A DNA stretch of 64,000 nucleotides, taken from assembly GCF_003790525.1 (NCBI RefSeq), contig NZ_CP033635.1, one strand, 5' to 3'. Shown one piece after another: positions 1 to 10,400 of this stretch (its first letter is position 1; each line of letters begins with the position of its first letter). Origin of the DNA: Escherichia coli. Its GTDB lineage: Bacteria; Pseudomonadota; Gammaproteobacteria; Enterobacterales; Enterobacteriaceae. Below the pieces are notes generated by a model. That model worked only from the letters and a program-made list of their open reading frames with translations, did not search any database and had not been told where the DNA came from. The position numbers were made by a program, and so were the translations under genes.

Positions 1-1536
1 GTCGGCACGCCAGGCTTCTCGGAACAACAGGGAGAGGTGTGGGCTGTGCATCTGGGGTGGAGTGGAAATCACCGCATGAGATGTGAGGCAAAAACTGACG
101 GCAGGCGTTACGTTCAGGCTGAGGCTCTGTGGATGCCGGGTGAGAAGGCTCTCAGGAAGAATGAAACCCTGTACACCCCGTGGCTATATGCCTGCCACTC
201 TGCGGATGGCCTGAATGGAATGAGTCAGCAATACCATCGTTTTTTGCGTGATGAAATTATCCGTTTCCCTGAGCAAAAACCCCGCCCTGTACATCTCAAT
301 ACCTGGGAAGGTATTTATTTCAATCACAATCCTGATTACATCATGCAGATGGCTGAGCGTGCAGCAGCACTGGGCGTTGAACGTTTCATTATTGATGATG
401 GCTGGTTTAAAGGACGTAACGATGACCGCGCGGCTCTGGGCGACTGGTATACCGATGAACAGAAATACCCGAACGGGCTGATGCCGGTTATTAAACATGT
501 GAAATCTCTCGGTATGGAATTTGGCATATGGGTTGAGCCGGAAATGATTAACCCGGATTCTGACCTGTTTCGTCTTCATCCTGACTGGGTATTGTCAATG
601 CCTGGATATTCCCAGCCAACCGGAAGATATCAGTATGTTCTTAACCTGAATATTCCAGAGGCCTTTGCTTACATTTATGAACGTTTCTTATGGTTACTGG
701 GAGAACATCCGGTTGATTATGTGAAATGGGACATGAATCGTGAGCTTGTACAGGCAGGGCATGAAGGCCGTGCGGCAGCAGATGCACAGACCCGTCAGTT
801 CTATCGATTGCTTGATCTCCTCCGTGAACGTTTTCCACATGTTGAGTTTGAGTCCTGTGCTTCCGGTGGGGGGCGTATTGACTTCGAAGTCCTGAAACGC
901 ACACACCGGTTCTGGGCATCTGACAATAATGATGCCCTGGAGCGCTGCACCATACAACGTGGCATGAGTTACTTTTTCCCTCCTGAGGTGATGGGGGCGC
1001 ATATTGGCCATCGCCGCTGCCATGCAACTTTCCGGCAGCACAGCATCGCTTTTCGTGGGCTGACGGCATTGTTCGGCCATATGGGGCTGGAGCTGGATCC
1101 GGTGGCCGCAGATGCGAAGGAATCTGACGGTTATCGCCGGTATGCCTTGCTCTATAAAGAATGGCGACAACTGATTCATACAGGAGTTCTCTGGCGTGTG
1201 GATATGCCAGATCCTTCGATACAGGTTCAGGGAGTCGTCAGCCCTGATCAGTCTCAGGCACTTTTTATGATCAGCCAGCTTGCAATGCCGGATTACACCT
1301 TACCAGGCATACTTCGTTTTCCCGGTCTGGCGGCGGAAGTGCGTTACCGGCTTCGGGTTATTGATCACCCGGACCTCCAGGTGGTTGGTGAAGGCGGTCA
1401 TACCATGCGCAAATTACCTGTCTGGATGAATCAGAGCCTTGAGGCCAGTGGTGAATGGCTGGCACAGGGAGGGATTCAGCTCCCCGTACTGGATCCGGAG
1501 AGTGCGATTTTGATAGCACTTGAAAGAGCTGTGTGA
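1..1536 (+). CDS. rafA: alpha-galactosidase (GH36), 5'-truncated by window edge
   Basis: Frame is open from nt 1 to stop at 1536; GH36-type FIIDDGWF motif; followed by LacY-like permease and GH32 invertase in raf order. Confidence 0.85.
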   Translation, partial: VGTPGFSEQQGEVWAVHLGWSGNHRMRCEAKTDGRRYVQAEALWMPGEKALRKNETLYTPWLYACHSADGLNGMSQQYHRFLRDEIIRFPEQKPRPVHLNTWEGIYFNHNPDYIMQMAERAAALGVERFIIDDGWFKGRNDDRAALGDWYTDEQKYPNGLMPVIKHVKSLGMEFGIWVEPEMINPDSDLFRLHPDWVLSMPGYSQPTGRYQYVLNLNIPEAFAYIYERFLWLLGEHPVDYVKWDMNRELVQAGHEGRAAADAQTRQFYRLLDLLRERFPHVEFESCASGGGRIDFEVLKRTHRFWASDNNDALERCTIQRGMSYFFPPEVMGAHIGHRRCHATFRQHSIAFRGLTALFGHMGLELDPVAADAKESDGYRRYALLYKEWRQLIHTGVLWRVDMPDPSIQVQGVVSPDQSQALFMISQLAMPDYTLPGILRFPGLAAEVRYRLRVIDHPDLQVVGEGGHTMRKLPVWMNQSLEASGEWLAQGGIQLPVLDPESAILIALERAV

Positions 1537-1598
1537 AGAGAGGTACGGAGCCTCAGCTCCGTCCTGTTTCTCAATATTATCCCGTGAGGGTAAGAATA

Positions 1599-2876
1599 AT
1601 GAATTCTGCAAGTACGCATAAAAATCCCGATTTCTGGATTTTCGGTCTGTTCTTCTTTCTCTACTTTTTCATCATGGCAACCTGTTTTCCGTTTTTGCCT
1701 GTATGGCTGTCCGATGTGGTCGGACTGAGTAAAACGGATACAGGTATAGTCTTTTCATGTCTTTCTCTGTTTGCCATCAGTTTCCAGCCATTGCTTGGGG
1801 TCATATCAGATCGCCTGGGACTGAAAAAAAACCTGATCTGGAGTATCAGCCTGTTACTTGTATTTTTCGCCCCCTTTTTTTTATATGAATTTGCGCCCCT
1901 GCTGCGCTTCAATATCTGGGCAGGCGCACTGACTGGCGGTGTCTTTATTGGTTTTGTGTTTTCTGCAGGTGCCGGAGCTATTGAAGCTTATATAGAGCGG
2001 GTCAGTCGCAGTCGTGGATTTGAATACGGTAAAGCGAGGATGTTCGGGTGTCTGGGCTGGGCGTTATGTGCGGCTATGGCTGGAATGCTTTTTAATGTCG
2101 ATCCTTCTCTGGTTTTCTGGATGGGGTCAGGAAGCGCATTATTGTTGCTTCTTCTGTTGTTTCTGGCGCGCCCCAGTACCAGCCAGACGGCAATGGTTAT
2201 GAATACACTGGGTGCCAATTCTTCCCTGATTTCGACCAGAATGGTCTTCAGCCTGTTTCGCATGCGTCAGATGTGGATGTTTGTTCTCTACACGATTGGT
2301 GTGGCCTGTGTCTATGATGTATTTGATCAGCAGTTTGCCACATTTTTTCGTTCATTCTTTGACACTCCTCAGGCAGGAATAAAAGCATTCGGATTTGCTA
2401 CCACTGCGGGGGAGATTTGTAATGCCATTATCATGTTCTGTACACCATGGATAATTCATCGCATTGGTGCCAAAAATACCCTGCTTGTTGCGGGGGGAAT
2501 TATGACCATCCGCATTACCGGTTCTGCTTTTGCCACCACCGCGACAGAAGTGGTGATTCTGAAAATGCTTCACGCTCTTGAAGTTCCATTTTTGCTGGTT
2601 GGGGCGTTCAAATATATTACGGCAGTGTTTGACACCCGACTGTCAGCGACCGTTTATTTAATAGGTTTTCAGTTTTCCAAACAACTTGCTGCAATACTTC
2701 TCTCTACCTTTGCCGGCCACCTGTATGATCGTATGGGATTCCAGAATACGTATTTTGTGCTCGGGATGATTGCTCTGACTGTTACCGTGATATCAGTTTT
2801 CACGCTGAGTTCTTCCCGCGGGAGCGTACACCCTTCTGTAGAAAAAGCCCCTGCAGCGCATTCGGAGATTAACTGA
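1599..2876 (+). CDS. rafB: raffinose permease, LacY-family MFS symporter
   Basis: N-terminus MNSASTHKNPDFWIFGLFFFLYFFIM is LacY-like; start taken at internal ATG 1599 of ORF 1533-2876; about 425 aa. Confidence 0.85.
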   Translation: MNSASTHKNPDFWIFGLFFFLYFFIMATCFPFLPVWLSDVVGLSKTDTGIVFSCLSLFAISFQPLLGVISDRLGLKKNLIWSISLLLVFFAPFFLYEFAPLLRFNIWAGALTGGVFIGFVFSAGAGAIEAYIERVSRSRGFEYGKARMFGCLGWALCAAMAGMLFNVDPSLVFWMGSGSALLLLLLLFLARPSTSQTAMVMNTLGANSSLISTRMVFSLFRMRQMWMFVLYTIGVACVYDVFDQQFATFFRSFFDTPQAGIKAFGFATTAGEICNAIIMFCTPWIIHRIGAKNTLLVAGGIMTIRITGSAFATTATEVVILKMLHALEVPFLLVGAFKYITAVFDTRLSATVYLIGFQFSKQLAAILLSTFAGHLYDRMGFQNTYFVLGMIALTVTVISVFTLSSSRGSVHPSVEKAPAAHSEIN

Positions 2877-4306
2877 TGAAACAGCGTCTTGCTTTGGCAC
2901 AGTCTGCCCTTGAAAAACTTTGCGCACGTCGTGGTAATGCCTGGTACCCGATTTTTCATCTGGCTCCACCTGCCGGCTGGATGAATGATCCAAATGGCCT
3001 TATTTACTTCAATGGGCGTTACCATGCGTTCTTCCAGCATCATCCTGCAAGCGCATATCAGGGGCCAATGCACTGGGGGCATGCCACCAGTACCGACATG
3101 TTGCACTGGCAACACGAACCTATCGCGCTGGCACCCGGAGATAAATATGATCGTGATGGCTGTTTTTCAGGGAGTGCCGTGGATGATGATGGCGTGCTAT
3201 CACTTATTTATACTGGTCATATTTGTCTCGATGATCGTGGTAATGACAGCATTATCCGTGAAGTACAGTGTCTGGCTACAAGTCATGATGGTATTCACTT
3301 TGAGAAGCAGGGCTGTGTGCTGACACCTCCGGAAGGTATAATGCATTTCCGTGATCCCAAAGTCTGGCACGAAGACGGCTCCTGGTGGATGGTCATTGGT
3401 GCCCGGGACGCTTCTGACAATGGGCAAGTTCTGTTGTATCGCGGGACATCTTTGCGGGACTGGCATCTGGAGCATGTTCTTGCTCATTCCGCAGCCGGAA
3501 AAAGTTATATGTGGGAATGCCCCGATTTCTTCAGGTGTGGTAATTTTCACTGGCTGATGTTCTCACCACAGGGGATGCCCCCTTCCGGTTATCGGTTCCG
3601 TAACCTTTTTCAGAGCGGTGTGTTGGCAGGGAGCTGGAAGCCTGGTTCTGTCTTTGCGCTGAAAGGGGGATTTGAAGAGCTGGATTATGGTCATGACTTT
3701 TATGCTCCACAGTCCATGCTGGCTGAGGACGGCAGGCGTATCATTATGGCATGGATGAATATGTGGGATTCACCCGTGCCCACCCGCAGTGAAGCCTGGG
3801 CAGGATGTCTGACGCTGCCCAGAGAGGTTTTTGAGCGCGATGGCCGGCTGTGCCAGCGACCTGTGCGTGAAGTCGAATCTCTGCGCAAAAAATGCCAGCC
3901 ATTATCCCCTGTAAGGTTACAGGGTTTGCAATTACTGACCGAAAATGTACAGGCCGCAGAATTATTGGTGACGTGGCATACGGTTGACAGTCATGCGGAG
4001 CACTATGGCGTCCGCCTTGGAGACGGTCTGCGACTTTATGTGGATAATCAGGCCGGGCGACTGGTACTGTGGCGCTATTACCCTGAGGAAGGGTTGGATG
4101 GTTACCGCAGTGTTGAACTTCCTGATACAGAATATCTGACTCTTCGTATTTTCTTGGATCGTTCATCTGTTGAAGTGTTTGTTAACGATGGTGAGGCAAC
4201 CTTATCAAGTCGTATTTATCCGCAAGCGGACTCGAGACAATTATCGTTATATGCCGCTCATGGCGATGCGATATTAACTGATGGCACTTTATGGATGCTG
4301 ACCTGA
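2876..4306 (+). CDS. rafD: raffinose invertase / sucrose-6-phosphate hydrolase-like (GH32)
   Basis: GH32 N-terminal WMNDPNGL motif; 476 aa; start overlaps rafB stop (TGATG). Confidence 0.85.
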   Translation: MKQRLALAQSALEKLCARRGNAWYPIFHLAPPAGWMNDPNGLIYFNGRYHAFFQHHPASAYQGPMHWGHATSTDMLHWQHEPIALAPGDKYDRDGCFSGSAVDDDGVLSLIYTGHICLDDRGNDSIIREVQCLATSHDGIHFEKQGCVLTPPEGIMHFRDPKVWHEDGSWWMVIGARDASDNGQVLLYRGTSLRDWHLEHVLAHSAAGKSYMWECPDFFRCGNFHWLMFSPQGMPPSGYRFRNLFQSGVLAGSWKPGSVFALKGGFEELDYGHDFYAPQSMLAEDGRRIIMAWMNMWDSPVPTRSEAWAGCLTLPREVFERDGRLCQRPVREVESLRKKCQPLSPVRLQGLQLLTENVQAAELLVTWHTVDSHAEHYGVRLGDGLRLYVDNQAGRLVLWRYYPEEGLDGYRSVELPDTEYLTLRIFLDRSSVEVFVNDGEATLSSRIYPQADSRQLSLYAAHGDAILTDGTLWMLT

Positions 4307-4500
4307 GACATATCGATATCAGTATTTTTTCTGACATTATCTGTCATTACTTTGCCAGTACACATTAATTATCTTTGCTGTGTGCTTTTGGTAATGTGTT
4401 GCGATTATATATACCAGTCTGGTGAAGAATATGAATGGTATTTTGTGTTGATACAGAGAATATAAGAGTACCCACATTTGTTTTTATTTAAGGGGGTAAA

Positions 4501-5895
4501 ATGAATAAGTTACTTTTGGGTTTATCTCTTTTTTTATTACTGGAATACAATGCGTGTGCAGCAAAAACAGGGGGGCTAACGCTTGAACAAAGAATGGCAT
4601 TGCTGGAAGAACGCCTGGAAGCTGCAGAAAAAAGGGCGGAAAAAGCAGAAAGAATGTTAAAGAGTTTTGATATAGAACAACATTCTGAAATACGTCAAAT
4701 TAGTTCAGAGCAGAATAAAAAAGATGCTAACAGCTATGCAGTAGTTGAGTCAACAAAAGAAAAAACATCTTCTCCAGGTTTTCTGCTCTCTGGTTACAAT
4801 GATTTGAAGTTTTATGGTGATGTGGAGTTTAATATAGATGCTGCCAGTAAACCCGGTCAGTTAGTAATGATAAGTTCCGGGGCGAACAGTGAGTCAGTGA
4901 ATGAACGGTGGGACCTTAATGGCCGTATTCTATTAGGTTTTGACGGTACCCGTAAGCTTGATAATGGTTATTTCGCTGGATTTTCAGCACAACCACTGGC
5001 GGATATGCACGGTTCAGTGAATATTGATGATGCATTATTCTTTTTTGGAAAAGATGACGAGTGGAAAGTGAAAGTCGGTCGTTTTGAAGCTTACGATATG
5101 TTCCCTCTAAATCAGGATACTTTCATTGAGTATTCCGGTAATACAGCTAATGATATTTATGCTGATGGCCGTGGTTATATCTATATGATGAAAGAGGGAC
5201 GCGGTCGTTCTGACGCTGGTGGTAATTTCCTCATCAGTAAACAACTCGATAACTGGTATTTTGAGTTAAACACGTTACTTGAAGACGGAACATCTTTATA
5301 TAATAACGGTAATTATCATGGACGATATATGGAGCAGCAGAAAAATGTCGCTTATCTGCGCCCGGTAATTGCCTGGTCGCCAACGGAAGAATTCACAGTC
5401 TCCGCAGCGATGGAAGCGAACGTGGTAAAAAATGCTTATGGCTATACCGATAATAAGGGGAATTTTGTCGATCAGTCCAATCGTTCCGGTTATGGTATTA
5501 GCATGACATGGAACGGTCTGAAAACAGATCCGGAAAATGGCATCGTGGTTACTCTTAATACCGCCTATTTGGATGCCAGTAATGAGAAAGATTTCACTGC
5601 CAGTATTAATGCTCTGTGGAAACGTTTCGAACTGGGTTATATCTACGCACATAATAAGATTGATGAATTTAGTGGTGTCGTGTGTAATAATGGTTGCTGG
5701 ATTGATGGTGAAGGAATATACAACATTCACACCATTCATGCATCTTATCAGTTTGCTAATGTGATGGATATGGAGAACTTTAATATTTACCTCGGGGCTT
5801 ATTACTCAATTCTGGATAGTAACTGTAGATATAGTAATTGTGACATTACCGATGATCGTTACGGTGCCCGATTACGTTTCAAATACTTTTTTTGA
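4501..5895 (+). CDS. rafY: outer-membrane carbohydrate porin (glycoporin, RafY/ScrY-like)
   Basis: Signal peptide, N-terminal coiled-coil (LEERLEAAEKRAEKAERM), aromatic-rich beta-barrel-like body ending in C-terminal Phe (RFKYFF); sits downstream of rafD. Confidence 0.6.
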   Translation: MNKLLLGLSLFLLLEYNACAAKTGGLTLEQRMALLEERLEAAEKRAEKAERMLKSFDIEQHSEIRQISSEQNKKDANSYAVVESTKEKTSSPGFLLSGYNDLKFYGDVEFNIDAASKPGQLVMISSGANSESVNERWDLNGRILLGFDGTRKLDNGYFAGFSAQPLADMHGSVNIDDALFFFGKDDEWKVKVGRFEAYDMFPLNQDTFIEYSGNTANDIYADGRGYIYMMKEGRGRSDAGGNFLISKQLDNWYFELNTLLEDGTSLYNNGNYHGRYMEQQKNVAYLRPVIAWSPTEEFTVSAAMEANVVKNAYGYTDNKGNFVDQSNRSGYGISMTWNGLKTDPENGIVVTLNTAYLDASNEKDFTASINALWKRFELGYIYAHNKIDEFSGVVCNNGCWIDGEGIYNIHTIHASYQFANVMDMENFNIYLGAYYSILDSNCRYSNCDITDDRYGARLRFKYFF

Positions 5896-6461
5896 TGCAT
5901 AGTAACAAAGTATTGTTCCACACTTACATTAACGCGTTTTTCGGGCGCGTCATCAGCGATGCATACGAATGATCGCAGTCTGCCAATGGTCGATTTATCT
6001 TGGTTGCGCAGGGGCGAGCACCGGGCAGGTACCGGCGGCTGACTCTGAAGCTCTGAGTCGGGTAATTGCGTCAGGTCACGAAGGACTGACACGGGTATTG
6101 GTGGCAGGTGATGAAGTACTGAGTGTGGTAATTTCGGGGATGCAATGCAGGAGCTGAGTCAGGTTTGCACTGAGCTGAGGACCCGTAGCGAGCGGGTTCC
6201 TGCTATTTTTCGGTGTCAGGGGCGCAAGTCCCGACGTCGGGACTTGCCGGGAGATTGTCAGGTCATTGACCGGGTGTGAGCGGCTCGACGTAAGCGGTAG
6301 ATATGCCCAATTCCCCCCGATAAATTCATTACCAAACACATTATTCAATTTGTTTTTATTTTTCCGCTTTCAGTCATTATCGCTATCGCTTCGTCGGTAA
6401 TGACTCCAACTTATTGATAGTGTTTTATGTTCAGATAATGCCCGATGACTTTGTCATGCAG

Positions 6462-6753
6462 TGGATTTGCCCCTATATTTCCAGACACCTGTTATCACTT
6501 AACCCATTACTGGCCCGCTGCCGTAGATATTCCCGTGGCGAGCGATAACCCAGTGCACTATGCGGATGCCATTCGTTATAATGCTCGAACGCCTCTGCAA
6601 GGTTCTTTGCTGCCGTTAACCCGTCTGGTTTGGGCATGATACTGATGTAATCACGCTTTATCGTTTTCACGAAGCTCTCTGCTATGCCGTTACTCTCCGG
6701 ACTCCGCACCGCCGTGTTCTTCGGTTCAAGTCCCAACATCCGGGCGAACTGGC
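6462..6753 (-). mobile_element. IS2 right-end fragment (about 290 bp) embedded in IS1
   Basis: Starts exactly with IS2 terminus tggatttgcccctatatttccagaca at 6462; inner junction at CTGGCG microhomology near 6748-6753. Confidence 0.7.
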
Positions 6754-6916
6754 GCGATTTAGCCCCGACATAGCCCCACTGTTCGTCCATTTCCGCGCAG
6801 ACGATGACGTCACTGCCCGGCTGTATGCGCGAGGTTACCGACTGCGGCCTGAGTTTTTTAAGTGACGTAAAATCGTGTTGAGGCCAACGCCCATAATGCG
6901 GGCTGTTGCCCGGCAT
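6473..6916 (-). pseudogene. chimeric ORF: IS1 InsB N-terminus (to ...[12 protein letters not shown]) fused to IS2 OrfB C-terminus
   Basis: Translation switches from InsB-like to IS2 OrfB-like (...[15 protein letters not shown]...[17 protein letters not shown]) at about 6750; DDE catalytic region of neither transposase is complete. Confidence 0.7.
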
Positions 6917-7110
6917 CCAACGCCATTCATGGCCATATCAATGATTTTCTGGTGCGTACCGAGTTGAGAAGCGGTGTAAGTGAACTGCAGTTGCCATGTT
7001 TTACGGCAGTGAGAGCAGAGATAGCGCTGATGTCCGGCGGTGCTTTTGCCGTTACGCACCACCCCGTCAGTAGCTGAACAGGAGGGACAGCTGATAGAAA
7101 CAGAAGCCAC
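6835..7110 (-). CDS. insA: IS1 InsA
   Basis: 91-aa product [43 protein letters not shown]... matches IS1 InsA as recalled. Confidence 0.85.
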   Translation of the reverse strand: MASVSISCPSCSATDGVVRNGKSTAGHQRYLCSHCRKTWQLQFTYTASQLGTHQKIIDMAMNGVGCRATARIMGVGLNTILRHLKNSGRSR

Positions 7111-7174
7111 TGGAGCACCTCAAAAACACCATCATACACTAAATCAGTAAGTTGGCAGCATCACCCGCTTTGAA

Positions 7175-8194
7175 GTGAACAATAACCAGGGTCGTTTCGT
7201 ATTTCCGGATACCTGGTTTGGCCCATTACTGGGGGAGTTTGAAGAAGTGCTTGATGCATACGACACTGATGAAATCAGTGAGACGGGTTATATCAACAAA
7301 CTCAGACGCCTTGCTCAACAGGAGCCTGACTTTATTGATATACACGCTCATCTGGCATATGCATTTCTGGAGCAGAATGCCCCGCGTAAGGCACTGAACG
7401 CCGCTCTTAAAGGACTGGCGGCAGGTAATCGTCTCATCCCGGAAAGTTTCAGTGGTGAAATCATCTGGATGCATCCCGAAAACCGCCCTTATCTGCGCGC
7501 GCTTTATGCAACAATTCTCGCAAATGTGCACTTACAGCGTCATCAGGATGCGGTTATGCTCACTGATAAAATACTGGCATACAATCCTGAAGATAATCAG
7601 GGTGCCCGCTGGTTGTTGGGCTCAGAACTGTTACGAACAGGCGATCATAAGCAAGCCTTCAGTGTACTGAAAGAGCATGCTGATGAATTTTCACCTTACT
7701 GGTATGAACTTGGTCTTCTGCATTTTCTGAATGGGGAACATGTTAAGGCTGCCACAGCTTTTCGTCATGGCTTTGCTACAAACACTTACATCGCGGAAAT
7801 GCTGTGCGGAAATTTGCATCCATTTCCACTTGCTGTGCGGCATAACTTCTCCGGCTCTCTGGATACGGCAGAAGATTACTATGCAACATACTCACCATTA
7901 TGGGGACAATATCCGGAAGCATTGCTGTTTGTAAACTGGCTCTATAACCATTCCTCTGTGCTGCATGAACGAGCAGAAATCATTAAATGCGCCGAAATGC
8001 TGATGCAGGAAGATGATTTCGAAATATGCGAAAGCATTTTAAGACAGCAGAAGCTGTTGCGGGAAAGAATTGATGAGACACTTTCTGAGGAAATTGTACA
8101 GAAATGCAGAAATATTAACGGTGAATATGTCTGGCCCTGGATATTGCCGTTTTCAGCAGCAGGAATGAAACACTCAAGCATCCAGCATCAGTAG
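7175..8194 (+). CDS. hypothetical protein, helical-repeat (TPR-like) appearance
   Basis: 339-aa ORF with GTG start 10 bp from IS1 end; no recognised family; N-terminus or promoter may be disrupted by IS1. Confidence 0.4.
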   Translation: MNNNQGRFVFPDTWFGPLLGEFEEVLDAYDTDEISETGYINKLRRLAQQEPDFIDIHAHLAYAFLEQNAPRKALNAALKGLAAGNRLIPESFSGEIIWMHPENRPYLRALYATILANVHLQRHQDAVMLTDKILAYNPEDNQGARWLLGSELLRTGDHKQAFSVLKEHADEFSPYWYELGLLHFLNGEHVKAATAFRHGFATNTYIAEMLCGNLHPFPLAVRHNFSGSLDTAEDYYATYSPLWGQYPEALLFVNWLYNHSSVLHERAEIIKCAEMLMQEDDFEICESILRQQKLLRERIDETLSEEIVQKCRNINGEYVWPWILPFSAAGMKHSSIQHQ

Positions 8195-8260
8195 ATATTG
8201 CATTAGTGTATCTTTCAAACAAGTAATAATTTATCCACCAGTAATAACACAGTCCCCCTT

Positions 8261-8290
8261 CCCCAGGTTATCGCCCTGGGGGCATTTTCT
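8261..8290. terminator. hairpin between convergent genes (candidate bidirectional terminator)
   Basis: ccccagg-ttatcgc-cctgggg stem-loop followed by gcattttct; lies between 7175-8194(+) and 8338-9942(-). Confidence 0.35.
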
Positions 8291-8337
8291 GAAAGTTTCC
8301 TTTAAAAAAGAATAGAGTCGTAAATTACTTTAACGAA

Positions 8338-9942
8338 TTATTCCTGGAGTTCATTAAAGTTCTTTCGTAATACTTTGTAATCAAACACGTTATGACTGGC
8401 ATCAAAAACCACGGATTTCCCCTGCCAGCGGGTAATCACCTCCTCCGGCGTTTTCGGTTGAGCCGGTCTGGTTACGCCCATCCATGCATTAATCAGATAA
8501 TCATTATACGCAGTGGAAAAAACGCTGTTCACCGTCTGGCGATCGACATGCTCTCCCAGTGCCGGGCTGTACCAGATAAACATCGGAACATGATAAGCCT
8601 GCTGACTGGGTTTTATTCCACCATGAAAATAGGCATGTTCTTTTGTCGGGTCATACTCCAGACCGTGATCTGAAAAATACATGACGGATGCCTGACGCGT
8701 TTCCAGCATGGTGAAAACCTGTCCCAACAAACTGTCGGTATAATGAATGGAATTATCGTAACAGACTTCTTCTGTATCCAGCGGTTTAAACACGGCTTTA
8801 TCTCTGGGCCAGTTACTGCAAACCGGTTCATGGCTGCCCGTCAGATGCAGAACAATCAGTTTCCTGCTCCCCGGATTACTGTTCAGTGCTTCAGCCAGGT
8901 GTGGGAGCAGTAACTCATCATAGCCTCTGACATAAATTCTGTTTCTGGCCCGCATGGCGATACTGGCCACAGCCGTTCCGTTCTGTCGGAAAGCGGACTG
9001 CGCACTGAGCCACCAGGTATCGAACCCCGCCTGATTCGCCATGTTGATAATGTTATCAGGGTAATTACGGATATCATGATGCAGTACACTATCGGCAGAT
9101 AACGCCAGTGGAACAGCCAGCGCGGTGTAAGGTGCGCCACTGATTGCCTGAGTGAACAGTTTCAGTCGTGATTTCTGTTTCTGAAGCTCTGGTGTGGTAG
9201 GGCGCGAATACCCGTAAATGGACATGTTATCAGTCCTTGCAGATTCACCAATCACCAGAACAAATACGTCAGTGTTGTTATCCGTAATCACCAGATCGTA
9301 GTGAGGTATGGTATCAGCAATCGTCATTAATCTCTGATGCTCCTTTGCGGCCAGTGCAAAATAGTTCAGATTAAAGAAAGGGGTATATGTGGCAAACCGG
9401 GAAGCGACTATGTAAGGATCAACTTCATTTATTTGATACTGTTTCTTCAACGCAAACTGGAAGGAAGAATATAACGTTACTGTAATTAACAATAAAAATG
9501 TAATTACCGTGACCTTTTCCGATGGCAATGAGGACGTTTTATTTATTGCTGAACAGAAGAACAATAAAAAGAGGATAATAAATGCGATAACATAAACAAC
9601 ATACATCCTGAACATTCTTATTACTTCATCAGGATCTGTCTGAAGGATACTGATTGCAAAACCATCATTAAATGTTGTGCCAAATGTACACCATGAATAC
9701 AGGCTGATACTGATATCTGCAGCAGTCAGTAATGTGAACGGGAAGGCAAGAATCAAACGCAACGTAATCGATTTCATTGCCTTAATAATAAGAAGTGCCA
9801 GGATAAAGAATAATATCCGGTAAATCAGATGCGCTCCTGAGGATACAAGGAGATTAGAAAGGGTAAAGACAACCACTGATAACACGAGGCGCTTATCATT
9901 GCTAATCCGTGACCAGTGTATGAACGGAAGATTAATTTTCAT
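8338..9942 (-). CDS. phosphoethanolamine transferase (sulfatase superfamily, EptA/OpgE/YhbX-like)
   Basis: N-terminal multi-TM region then sulfatase domain with VLVIGESARTDN and HLTGSHEP motifs; start taken at MKINLPFIHW (internal ATG). Confidence 0.65.
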   Translation of the reverse strand: MKINLPFIHWSRISNDKRLVLSVVVFTLSNLLVSSGAHLIYRILFFILALLIIKAMKSITLRLILAFPFTLLTAADISISLYSWCTFGTTFNDGFAISILQTDPDEVIRMFRMYVVYVIAFIILFLLFFCSAINKTSSLPSEKVTVITFLLLITVTLYSSFQFALKKQYQINEVDPYIVASRFATYTPFFNLNYFALAAKEHQRLMTIADTIPHYDLVITDNNTDVFVLVIGESARTDNMSIYGYSRPTTPELQKQKSRLKLFTQAISGAPYTALAVPLALSADSVLHHDIRNYPDNIINMANQAGFDTWWLSAQSAFRQNGTAVASIAMRARNRIYVRGYDELLLPHLAEALNSNPGSRKLIVLHLTGSHEPVCSNWPRDKAVFKPLDTEEVCYDNSIHYTDSLLGQVFTMLETRQASVMYFSDHGLEYDPTKEHAYFHGGIKPSQQAYHVPMFIWYSPALGEHVDRQTVNSVFSTAYNDYLINAWMGVTRPAQPKTPEEVITRWQGKSVVFDASHNVFDYKVLRKNFNELQE

Positions 9943-10063
9943 AATAATTGAGAAAAAGCGATATTTCTGTCCGGCGCTGGTCGCTGAACATGCCGCGACA
10001 GGTGAATTCATTATTCTGAATAATCATAAAGCCACCACAAATGTAGCGGCGTAAACAGGAACG

Positions 10064-10348
10064 TCATGATGTTTTCTTTCGTGACAGAAGAGAACCGCAC
10101 ATACCACCCGCAATCATTATCATCAGGAATAACATCCCCAGGCCAACGATTACTCTTAATGCCGGATGAACCCGATCGGCGAGAAAAAATAACTCCATCC
10201 CGAAACCAATAACAAGCCAGGCCAGCGCCATTCCGACGAGCCCTTTTAACAGCAATCTCACGCTCCTCTCCTTCTGCATTCTTAACGAAAATGCCTTACA
10301 ATAACAGCAGCCGGGGAAGGCAACGCTGGCTGCTGAACGGTATGACAT
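10064..10348 (-). CDS. small hypothetical membrane protein
   Basis: ORF with two hydrophobic helices; no family recognised; could be spurious. Confidence 0.25.
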   Translation of the reverse strand: MSYRSAASVAFPGCCYCKAFSLRMQKERSVRLLLKGLVGMALAWLVIGFGMELFFLADRVHPALRVIVGLGMLFLMIMIAGGMCGSLLSRKKTS

Positions 10349-10400
10349 TTTACTGCTTTATGTTCTCTCAGTTTCTGTACTGACGCCGCCATTAATGGTA

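Larger units (their letters stand above)
6396..7165 (-). mobile_element. IS1 copy (about 770 bp) with internal segment replaced by IS2-derived sequence
   Basis: IS1 terminal repeats recognised at both ends (ggtgatgctgccaacttactgat at 7143-7165 on minus strand; ggtaatgactccaacttattgat at 6396-6418); insA intact; insB chimeric. Confidence 0.8.

Noticed and set aside
184-1179. Minus-strand ORFs (184-579, 336-527, 641-1069, 694-1179) inside rafA
   Set aside because: Antisense to a well-supported GH36 coding frame; no family resemblance; typical shadow ORFs
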